Source: Lingula anatina (lineage: Eukaryota > Animalia > Brachiopoda). Taken from it: 64,000 bases of DNA. Shown here in pieces: positions 1 through 11,581 of the stretch. The stretch is from contig CM120640.1 of the NCBI GenBank assembly GCA_051362555.1, positions 58,258,788 through 58,322,787 of the forward strand. Reading direction: 5' to 3'. Numbering within the stretch: the stretch's first letter is position 1; the number at the start of each line of letters is the position of its first letter. The translations under genes were made by a program, and so were the position numbers. Below the pieces are notes generated by a model. The model saw nothing but the letters and a program-made list of their open reading frames with translations. It did not search any database and had not been told where the DNA came from.

Positions 1-3000
1 TGGAAGCTTGCTGGGCCACATGTCCTGTCCTAAACAGCTGACCTGCTTGCTGACTGGCTCTGGAATGAAAATATGATCAGGCTTCACAGAGAGCAACGGC
101 CCTATAATCTGTCAAGACCTCAAACTTGATCTGTTCAATTCAAGGTAAATCCATAATAGTCGAAGAACATGTTGGGAAGGCATATTGTCTTTCATAAATA
201 GGGAGAATGGGCCTGTCAATGAGCAAATGTGTACCTTCTCTCTCTCCTTTCATCCCATTCCTCCCCTTTTCCACTTTCGGTTAAATCAAGTCAGTTACAG
301 TCACCCTAAATTATAAATGTGTGCCATTATAAAGAGTTTACAGATATTTAATCTCCATCTACCTTTGTTTCTTCAGCTGAAGTGCTGACAGTGGCCCAGT
401 CATTTTGTGTCCACCCTCCTTTGGTATACAGGAATGATGGTCAGAGCAGCTGGCCAGAGGGTCACCACTGGATGCAAGCTGGACCCTGAACAGATACTTA
501 ATGTGATCATCTTTCTTCAGGGGAATAATATAAAAGTGATGTTTGTTCATTACAAATAATGGGATTGGACTGTAACAAGATTTAACCCAACCATAAGATA
601 TAACCGTAAGTTTTTTTTTTTAAATAAAGACATTATCATCAACTGGATATAATTGTCAAAGCTAGAGTAAGCCCTGGGAACCAATCCCTAACACCAGCAA
701 CCTAAACACCACACATAAATACCCTGGATTCCTCAAAAATTGCCATAAAACATACTGCAAAAGATCTCATTGTAATATCTCACCATGCCCCCATGTCTGG
801 CTTGAAGGTGTAAGCTTTCCCTGTCGACAGTGAGATCACTGGGATACCCTGGGCTGTCAACATGGAACTTTCTATCTGGACATTATTACCTGCATTATAA
901 GAGTTTGAAACCATGTAAGGAATGGAGCTGTCAACATGGAGCCCTCTATGTGGACATTAATATCTGAACTACAAAGATAAGCATCACAAAAGTAACAAAC
1001 TAAAATGCTTATTTAATGGACATTATGTGCACTTCCCTCAAATATGTACTTGGAAGTGGATTCCCCCCCTCCCCCCCCAAAAAAATTTTTTTTTAAGTTC
1101 ACAAATTATTTAAAATACATTTCTTAAATGTTTCCCAAAAGTATAGCATACCTGGTATTATTGATATGACAGATTCATTTTTTATCACAGCTGTCATGCT
1201 TTGAACATTCCTGAAAATGAAAATTTTATGGCATTTGTTAGTATCTTAAATATGACAGTATCCAAAGGCAAAATATATATCAACCAGAACTGAAAGTTGC
1301 TGAAAGTTAAACAATAAAAAATTCAGGGAACACAGTAGATATCAACCAAAATAATGAGGCTCATCTACAATGCTAGTTTTCATACAAACAAAACTAGACA
1401 AAAACTAGATGTTACAAGGATGGTGCTCCAAAGAGCAAAATACCAATACGTTTTAGCTTCTTTTACCTACAAGTCTACTCAACAATTTTTAAATCCAGAA
1501 TACAATAACGGATCGTTTTTCTTTATGTTCTACTTACCATACATACAGACCCCCCTGTGAAGTGACAGCCATTACATAATACCCTATGACATGTAGTATA
1601 GAGAGCTGCGAGTGCAACATCATAGAGGGACACAGCTTTCGGCCAGCTGGGGAATAAATATGGAGACTGCTGTCTTCACAAGCACAGCAACATACATTAC
1701 TGAAATTGAAGTAACATTATATCAATAATGAAAACTTAATCACTGTATCATATTGACAAATATTAAGTGTTGAATGATTCTGAAATGATTTTTATTTCCT
1801 TGTCTTGACCTTTGTCATAAGATGTGACGTGAGTTTATCTGTTATACATTTATATTATATGGTTTTTATTAAGTATCTGGACTCACGTGAAAACTGAGAT
1901 ATTTACTAATGTAAATACAACCATGCATATACGCAACCATATTCAGTAAATATACCTATTTCCTGCAATGACCACTCCTTTGCTAGCCAGCACACTCTCC
2001 CACTGCTGCTGGCCACCTTTTAGACACTTTACTCTGTGGAGATTACTGGGACCACCAACTACTTCATTTTCCAGAACCAGCACTAACTGGTCGTCACTGC
2101 CAACACTGCCCCCAATCTATGGGACAAAAAGAAAACATCAGCAACTCTACCACTATAACTGCTTCAGTAAACAACCTATAGGTTGGAAGCACTTTTGGCT
2201 AGGTTTTTCATTTTTTTTTCTTATTCAAAAAGATTTCAATATAGCATATTACCAAGGGATGCAAGAAGCTGCTACAATTCACTAACAACTTTATGCTTAC
2301 TTTTATTACAGTGTACAACTTGTTATTTCTTTACCCCATGTCAGAGTTACATACCTGCACACTAGCTGACTTCTCCACTTTAGGAACAGGCAGCTGAAGT
2401 CCTGAGGTAGAGTATATAACCCTAGTTTCTGTGGCACCCACAGCCTAAAATAGACAGATATAATGGAATTTCGATGTAATTTAATCCTGAAAATGGCATG
2501 TGCTATATATCCAAGTTTTAGACATACAGGTAATTAACAAAGCTTGTCTTGTACAGAGACATAAGATAAAAGCCTCATTCATAACTGATAGAGGAAAATG
2601 AGTCTAAAATGTCATTGATGTGTAAAAATGTCCTGGTTTTATACTTACAGGGGCCGTTGGAGTGTGTAATACAGTCGCAGTTGCAGAAGCCCTGTGGATT
2701 TCTTTCTCCTTCCTGGGTCTCTTCTGACTTGCACCTGCATCCAGCTTCCTTTTCACCGATATTTTGTTAGGTTTGTCCTTTTCTTTTCGTTCCTTATCTT
2801 TGTGTTTTTCACTTTAGAGAGAAAATATTAAATTATTATCACCAATTTGTGTATGATCAAGAGTCAGGAAACTTACAAGAATGAAAATAGCATTTCTATA
2901 TGTGTTACATTCCAAATCCAATGGATAACATCTATTAAACAGTTGTAAGTGTATTCTTATTATGTAATCTTACTGTGAAGTTGCAGATCCTGGTTTCTTT

Positions 3001-6000
3001 AATGCCTCTATTCTTGCCTCTTGTAATGACATTGGCTACAATGAAAAAGAGGTACATAACACGAGACAGAAAAGCAAACAAATCAAACTATAGATTAGTG
3101 AGGTACTAAGATGTATTTTGTTGCAGTCAAATTGTGGATCATGTAACTATGCACTTCAGACATCATGAAATAACTGTCCCAATAAAGTGTTTTATTACAG
3201 GGGGATCTGGCAGGGGATACTTAAGCATCCAGAAAAAAACCTTCACCTTGATTGGTGTAATGGGACTGATGACAGCTGAAGGAGTATGTGGCTTATTACT
3301 GGCTGCCCCTGGGGTGGTGGGTACTTTGGCACCAGAGGCATCTACAACTGACTGTGACCTAGAGTTGTCAGAGTATGGAGACTTCCTCACAGGACCAGTC
3401 ACCTCATTTCTCTTCTCTACAACTATTGTGCTTGGCGTTTCAGAGCTTGTAAATGTGGGTTCCTTTTGACCGAATGGTATTGGGTCATCACTGTTGGAAA
3501 AATTTTAATAAATTGACTTCATTTTCAGAAATGTAAAAAAATATTTAAATAAGAAGAGCAAACGTTTGATTAAAGGGATAATAACTGTTCGTTTGACCAA
3601 AAAATGAATTTTCCTGGAGTAAACTGCAATTTTCTCATACTTACCAATGGTTAACGAATCCATTTCTACATTCAAAGTTAGTCTCTGGTTTTTTTCTAAA
3701 AAGTTTTTTTCTTTTTTGTTATAATCACTATAGCCATCTATGTAGGTCACATGGTCTGACGACAAGCTCAGATATCAGAATAATAGCAATATTTGCTGTT
3801 TTTGTGGTAAAACATAAATATTTTCTATGAGTTGCTTACAATGTTTTTATTGTGAAATAAAGATCTCATACGAAGAGTTATTATCCCTTTAAGTTGTTTT
3901 GACTAATCTATCAGTAAACACAGCCATTTTCTTAAATAATTAATTTTTTGTTTTCTCAGAATTTTTTAAAGACATTTTGTTTACCCTGCAATATCTGCAG
4001 CTGCAGCGAGGAAGATGGGTGTAATTCGTCTCCTGCCGTCTGCAGTTTTAGTTTCAATCTGCTTATTATTAAGAACCTGAAATGAACACCAACAACTCTT
4101 CAGGTCACCCTTTCTGAAATCAACAATACCACACAACAGAGGTGATCTTAGTCATTACCACATCAATAAATTTAGTTTCTTAATGAATGATGTTGTTTTG
4201 AAAAACCAATCTGACACTGCATTATTTAATTTTTTTATTAAAAAAATTAACACCATGTCTTTATTTTTAAATAAATCATAAAAACTAAACCAATACCTTG
4301 ACAGGTGTTCCTGCTGGTGTGCCTCCATTGGCCACTGGGGTTGCTGGAGTGGCAGCACTACCTGGTGTTTTCTGTTTATCCCTTTCCTCTGTCTGCTTTT
4401 GCCGTAATTCTAACATGGCAGCAGTCTCTATTATCTGATTGGCAACACAATTCCCGTTGGGGGCTGAGGCAAATGTCTTTCCATAGACTTTTTCTAATAC
4501 CTGCATCTGTATGAACACACAGACATATAATAAATAGAGTAAATTTCAGAACAGTGTTATTAACCATTTTTACATGAATAATGTGCACTGCTTAAACCAA
4601 AATAACACGCAAAAACAAGTACAATGCTATTTAACTGCTACTTAGGGAATCTGCCACTAGCAAATACAATAAAAATATTAAATTCCAAACCTAGATTCAT
4701 CTCTTCATCATATCTAGGGAAAAAGTACACTACAAAAAAAATTACATACGATTTAACCTAAAAGTTATGGCAATAACATGAAAGAGGACAACTCCTCAAG
4801 TTATAATGCAAATACCTTTTCATCAGGTGTTAATGGAGTGCCTATTTCCTCAGGTGAGAACTCCAGGTAAGCTACTGTCCCATCCCAAGAACAGCACATA
4901 CACTCAAACCCAGTCTTGTCCCTAGAGCAAAACATAGTCCAGAGGCATTAATTCTAGAATAGTTACATCATAACCCCTCTTAACCTATCATTCTACGGCG
5001 CTTGAGTTACATTGTTGTAAAACTCTGACATTTTCTTTTTTTCTTCTTTTGTAAGAAAGAAATTTGAACTCCTGCATGAGCTTTGAATGACTCAGTTTCT
5101 CAATAAAGGGACTCACCAAGTTATATCTAAAATGGAACTGTTGAACAGATCATGGGTAACCACCAGTGGCCTTTTCAATGCGGTTAACTAAAAAAAGGTA
5201 AGCTAAGTTAAAATAGAAGCATTTTAATATAGAATGCCACATCTTTGTAATCAACTGCTGATTCCAAAAAAATATTTATATAGCTTTGGGGATTTTTTTT
5301 ATAACAACACTCAGTGATCAACATGAAGCATTGAATACGTATATCATACATACATATATCCATAAGATTAATATATTTTGGTAACTTTGTTGGGTATTAC
5401 TGATGGTAAAAACTGAATAATGATTTAATACATTGATAATTGACAACGGAAAGTGGTCACTATGGATAGACAACCAAAAAATTAATCTGAATAGTAAAAT
5501 GGAAAGCAAAAACTAATTTAATTTACTAATTTAATGTTGATTAGGATAAAAATTCTCATCTATCAATGCAAGTTATAATTACTTTCTTACCCAAATAGAT
5601 ATTGACCGATCTCTACTGCCTATTGCACAACATGAATACTGCTGGGGCTAAAAGCAAAAAGCACTTATCAGTTGGTACACAAAATAACACTTCTGTTCAT
5701 CAGTTTGTATTTTTGCATTTCATTTTTGTTAACAGTACTTTTGTCAAATAATGTTATCTGAACGTAAGATCAATAGCATATAATAAACCATTTTAGCCCT
5801 CATAACATTATAAATAGTTACACTGAATCAATTGATTACATTTTATTTTACTCACCTTATCAGCACCTTCAGAAATCTTTTTTGAAAATAAATTAGGATT
5901 GAATCGCTGAAATGAAAGAGCATTTTCATAATAAATAGAATTTTACCCATAAATTGAGAAGGTCACCAAACCTCTAGGTAGAAATAAAACTCTTATTAAA

Positions 6001-9000
6001 AAACACATGTCCTATTTCACCTCCACTGAAACAATTACTATTGAACAATTAACCATGGTAAATACAATTTGCAAATACTGAAATGAAAAAAAAAAAAGAA
6101 ATTACCACTACAGTAACAGCTTTTCTGTGGCCAACAAAGTCCATGTTAGTTTTCCATCCATCCCTCTCTATAATCTGTGCTGTTGGTCCAGAGTTGTTCA
6201 TAGCATGGGCAGAGACCACATAGAAGCCATCGGGGGACCAACCCAGACGCAAAACATGGGTGGTACCACCACACTGAAAAACACAGAAAAGATGGCAGTG
6301 CATTTACATTTCACCGATACAAAAATTAAACACATTTCAGAGATTTCCTTCAAGCATAGGTATTTTTTACTTTAAGAACTTCCGAAATTGAAATCAACCA
6401 CAAAAAAGAAATTTTCTAACCACTTCTACTTTCCTCACTGCATCACAATATATATCAATTATATAAAAATTATTTGATTTTGATTATTTCTATTTCATTA
6501 TTTTCCTTTATGTAATTACCATTGACTTACTTCTTCAAAAGGTTCTGTGATAGCTTTTTCTTGCTGCCAATCTGATGTTCTCCAAACCCGGATGGTTTTG
6601 TCATCAGACTAAAATAAACATTGAATATTTATAGGCTTCTATTCACAATATAACACAAATATTCCAGATACAGCTCTTGAAAAGTTATCAATTGGATGAG
6701 AGTATCTAAAATTTGTTAGGAATAAAATCAAGATCTATTTACCTGGGAAGCTAAGTAGGTTCCCACTGGGTCCCATGTCACTCCCTTAACAAGACTCCTG
6801 TGGCCATTCAATACAGCTACTTGTTCTTGTATGAAAAAAATAAAAAAAGTTCATCATAATATACTATTAGTGTGTTAAAATACTTGGAACTAAGTACCTG
6901 TAATCATTAATACTTTACCCAAGATTATTTATCAGGCCTACCCAACTACCAGACTCGGCACCGAATGATCCTGAATTCACCGGTATATCAGACCACACTA
7001 CCCGTTTTCAAGGTGTGTGTCTGATCGCATTACACAGTATCATACCCTGAACAAATTTTGAGTGGTGATGCAATGCTTTTCAACCCTGCTGAAAATCGTC
7101 ACTATCACATCGCGTACTAGGCAAGATCGGCCTCGCGTCTGATACTGTGTAATGTGATCTGACACCCACCTTGAAAACAGGTAGTGTGGTCTGATCTACA
7201 GGTGAATTCAGGATCATTCGGTGCCAAGTCTGGTAGTTGGGTAGGCCTGTTTATGGTTCTTTGTGACAGAATAACTTGCATTCCCCCAGTAGTAAATCTA
7301 AGATAATTGCAAGACATATTCTTATCTAATCTTGCTCATGAAAATGTAAAATAATTTAAGGCAAATGTATCACTGACCTAGTTCAAAACTAAAATTTTAC
7401 CATAATAATCAAGTGACCCCAGTATAAATTTGTTCCCATTTATAAACTTTCAATTATTACCTGGAAACTTCTGTGCATTCCAGACCACAATAGTATTATC
7501 TATACTACAGGTGGCCAGCCAGACATCATGGGGTGACCAGGCAAGGTCTAGAACATCTACCAAAACCAATTATCATGGTGTAATACTTCAAGAAAGATAT
7601 ATTGATGAATTTGCATCATTATGACATGATGTCCCTTTCTAAAAGAAAGCCTGATACAATGCTTAATGTAGAGCTGTCATAAAGAAAACTATTCAAAATT
7701 CTTAATGTTTTAAATATGTTTCAGAATCCAAACTTCTTTATTACATATATCTGATTTTGTCACCATATATAAACCATAACCTATTCATCTGCTTCATGTC
7801 AATAAATGACAAATGTTTGTAAAAGCATTCCAACAAACCTCCAGAGTGACCGCGCAATGTAAATACACATCTCCACTGCTCCACATTGGTGACAGTTCCT
7901 GTAGAGCCAAACACTGTAGAAGGACCTGCATATCTGAAAAATAAATAAATAAAAAAATTTTCACAACAAAATGCCTTGAATAATCTCTCTCTCTCTCTCT
8001 CTCTTAGTCTGTATGCAATATAAAGCACAAACTTCACTTACTACTTACAATATTTGATCTAATCAGTGCCCTCAAAATACTTAATTTTGACGAGGATTTT
8101 CAAACATTACTTTACTATGTATATCAACATAATATTCAAAACAATTAAAACAAATATGCTCTACCTGCTGGTTTGCCAGATCATGACCAATTTATCATCA
8201 CTACCTGAAGCAAGGTAGCGGCCATTGTTTGACCAACGCACACAGTTGACACATGCTGGAAAAAAGAGGGAATGTCTCTAATGATCAGTACTAAGGTGAC
8301 TTAGGCATTTTCTTTGCTTCACAAAAAAAGTACGCTTATTTAAAATGTTGTGTGTTTTCCAATATTTCCACTGCCTTCAAAAACTTTACTTTTCTTAAAC
8401 AAAAGACATTATTTTTAAATAGTACCTAGATGATTATCCATCTGACAAAGCATCTTAGGTACACTTTCATCTTTTTCTGACTTTTCATCTCTGACAGGAG
8501 CCATGTTCCAGATGACAATCTTCCCTCCACTGTCTTCCCCTGAAATCATTAAATCAAAGTCAATTTTTAGGTTGTACAATATAGCAGCAAATATAAGTAC
8601 TATCAGTGTTTGGAATACTTAAACTGGATGTGGCAATTGACTAATTAGATTGGACTTCACTTGCATAGCTGACACTAAAAAATCTTCTGACACAAAGAAT
8701 CCCAAATATCTGATTAAAAAAAATAAATAAATAAAGTTACTGTACATGTACATACCTTGACCCCCAGTAGCAACTCTTGATCTGTCTGGGTGAATGTCAA
8801 TAGAAAATATGGGTTTGCCTGAAATAAAGAAAAGTGTCACCATCATCAATATACAGCATTACACTTACAGATGACTCTTTACCTTTGTGATAATAGGATA
8901 TCATTGTTATTACTTTTCTAATTAATTTAATTTGGAATCAAATTTAATCACATACTAGCATACACCTGATTCTCTTTTTCATATAATGCGATGCAATTTA

Positions 9001-9170
9001 GCTTCAAAGGAGATTTGAGAAAACAATACATGGGTTATCTTTGCTTTGGAGTTCACTCCAGTTTATGTTCTAATCATTAATGCATCATACCACATTTTTA
9101 GATCAACTTGAAATTATACATTCAGTTGCCTACCATCATGAGAAATCCAGGCCGGCTTAAGCAGCTTCAT
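1..9170 (-). CDS. HIRA: HIRA histone H3.3 chaperone (WD40 + B-domain + C-terminal Hira domain); multi-exon, 3' end beyond the left edge of the window
   Basis: Phase-consistent GT-AG exons: 9134-9170 [13 protein letters not shown]; 8756-8818 [21 protein letters not shown]; 8426-8539 [22 protein letters not shown]; 8165-8255 [27 protein letters not shown]; 7839-7933; 7461-7556 [21 protein letters not shown]; 6743-6825; 6531-6608; 6106-6273 [36 protein letters not shown]; 5856-5906; 5591-5647; 5117-5187; 4816-4921; 4297-4506; 3985-4076 with the ASF1-binding B-domain [15 protein letters not shown]; 3247-3490; further exons down to position 1. These motifs match metazoan HIRA. Confidence 0.97.
3574..3888. 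mobile_element. Non-autonomous MITE with TTAA TSD and AGGG...CCCT termini (Kolobok/T2-type), in a HIRA intron
   Basis: Left end ttaa|agggataataactgttcg (3570-3591) and right end cgaagagttattatccct|ttaa (3871-3892): 18-bp TIR with 1 mismatch, TTAA on both sides, no ORF. Confidence 0.75.
6933..7249. mobile_element. MITE with ~110-bp terminal inverted repeats and a 5-bp TSD (TTTAT), in a HIRA intron
   Basis: Arms 6933-7042 and 7140-7249 are reverse complements with about 7 mismatches. Termini are CAGG...CCTG. TTTAT occurs at 6928-6932 and 7250-7254. Confidence 0.88.
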
Positions 9171-9234
9171 GGCAAAGAGTACCAGTCTGCAAACAGACCT
9201 ACTACTTTTAACCCTCGGTTTTCATTCACGATCT

Positions 9235-9479
9235 GCCGCCATTTTGATTTTGAAGCACCTGTTCACGGGGTTTGGCGAGATCTCTGCACCACGTGACATA
9301 ATAAATTCTCATAAAAAAAAACTGTAAATAACAGTAAGCCCTTTGTGTATTAGAATAATAAGTATTTATGCCGTCTACATGCCACTGATTGAAAATAACA
9401 TGAGAGTAAAAAAGTGGATTGTCATAGTTATGTGTGCGTTTTGGGATTTTTGTTAACTTCAAAACTTTTTTTCGCGAAA
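9235..9479 (-). promoter_or_regulatory. HIRA proximal promoter/5' UTR: YY1-like, E-box and E2F-like motifs
   Basis: CAAAATGGCGGC on the - strand at 9235-9246, CACGTGAC at 9290-9297, palindromic TTTCGCGAAA at 9470-9479. The segment is CpG-richer and lies just upstream of the HIRA ATG. Motif function is inferred. Confidence 0.5.
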
Positions 9480-9622
9480 AAAAAAAAAGAAAAAAGAAAG
9501 AAACGGGTCAACAGTCAAAACAGGGGACGCTATTTTAAAATAAAACAGGAATTATATCGTCCAAAAATGATATATTTAAACCCTATTTTGCAAAAGGTCT
9601 AAACCTTCTTTTTAGTGATTTT

Positions 9623-9657
<35 letters not shown>

Positions 9658-9660
9658 TTT
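9623..9660. repeat. (TTTA)n microsatellite
   Basis: Tandem tttatttattta... read directly from the sequence. Confidence 0.9.
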
Positions 9661-10062
9661 TCAATACGTATATATAGTGTCTATAGTCCCTGCGTAGTTC
9701 TACTGTTTTGCTGTTCATCATATCGTTACATCAGTCATTCCAGTGTACAGGAGTATATTCCCTCGAAGATATACCTTCATTAGGCCTATATCTTATTGAC
9801 CTTACAAACCTAGGTTCGAGACACTACTTTGGTCTCTTCTCTTCCATTATATTTGACGCTAATACTTTAATCATGGTATCACAAAACAGATGGAAAATAG
9901 AAGGGTTGCCAGTAGTTTTATTGTTAATACTATACATATTTAAATCCGTTTCCTCTTAATTATATCTATTATTCAATATAATGTGTTGGATCCCAGATTA
10001 TAATGAAATTACTGATTAATAAACTGGACGGCTCTCCTTATGTGTGTACGTATTAAATGCGA

Positions 10063-10066
<4 letters not shown>

Positions 10067-10107
<41 letters not shown>
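10067..10107. repeat. (TC)n microsatellite
   Basis: About 20 TC units read directly from the sequence. Confidence 0.92.
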
Positions 10108-10110
<3 letters not shown>

Positions 10111-11581
10111 CTAAGTAAGCAAACTTGAGGTACATATCTTTCCCAAAATGAAAGAAAGAAAGAAATTGTTCGTAACATCATATCATATCACCGATATGTC
10201 CTTAATTTACCTCGGTGGAAGCTTAGTTTGTTTAAACGGTATCATACAGTATGAATGTAACATCCCGCGGCGATGTTGCTGACGATGAAATTCCTAAGTG
10301 CTTTGATTTAACCTGAAATAAAGAAGGTGAATTGTAAGCGGGAGGGGTTTTGATTACGTTCTCGATACTTTACCTGAAATATCAATGTCACTTTTACCAT
10401 CCATTTCAAATATTTGAGTTGGGACCAGGGTTTGAATTTGACTATTAGGCCTACCTATAAGTTAATACATTTGAAGGAATTGAACTGGTACATAGAGACT
10501 GCAACAGAGCATGTTCATAAAAAGCCTGAAAAGCAGACATTCTCTTATCTCTCGGCGTTTAGTATCAACGCAAATTAGGTTGGGCTTTTGACAGTTGTGT
10601 CAAAATCGATAGGCCTATAGAATTTTATGCAGTCTGCTAAACACCGTACTTTACTGCAGGGACTGCATTGAAGTGTCCAGCCTAATAATCATAAATACAG
10701 TGAGTGCAGTAGCCTATGAATTCGATATATTTGCATAACTGAAGAAATGGTTTCATTTTTTTTTTAATCAGAAAACAACGCAGACAAAAAATTTTATATG
10801 GAACATAAATACATATACATGTTACACCAAGACTTAATACATCGCATGCATATTTACAGTAACAGTAATTTAACACGAAAAATGAGAAAGAAAGTAACAT
10901 AAAAGACAATCATTTCATATAACAATTTCCTTTGGTTTGCAATATCATCAATAGCTTATACAGAACATGGCATGATATGTGGCGTTCACTTTATTGCCCT
11001 GTTGTACATAATAGACCCCTATAACAAAATACATAACAACAGAATAAAGAATAAATGGAAAATAAGACATATTATAGGGTGTTTCTTTCTACTTTTCTTT
11101 CCCCCTCTCTTTTCTTTACATATTTTCTCATACTAAACCCATACAAAAGACCATGATATTTCTGGTTACATGTCAACATAACAAAAATAAATCAAAAACA
11201 GATTGTGTATATATCATACAAACTGTTATCTGCAACCCAAACTCCAACGTTTTCCGTGTTGTAGCCGAAAAATGTGTTCTCAGGTGGCAACAGGTCCAAC
11301 ACAAACACAGCAAGAGTTACCCATTACACACCGCGTTTTGGCCAATGATTCGTATAAATTCGCTCTGCGGCTGAAAATAATGAAAACAAGATGAACCTCT
11401 ATGCCTCTTTGCACCCTGTGCCGTTTATACAAGGAGAGTTCCTCATGCTGAACGCATTTGTTATCTCTTAAATTCGTGTTGCGCACACCCGATTAGGTAC
11501 TCAATACGCTCAGTGTTTTTAAGCGTGTGGGGTACTGACCATTTACCCATCATAAGAACTTTGTGAAAGAGTTTTCAAGAA

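Noticed and set aside
11342-11358. CCAAT and TATAAA upstream of the MMP ATG
   Set aside because: Spacing is atypical and several upstream ATGs would follow; the TSS cannot be placed.
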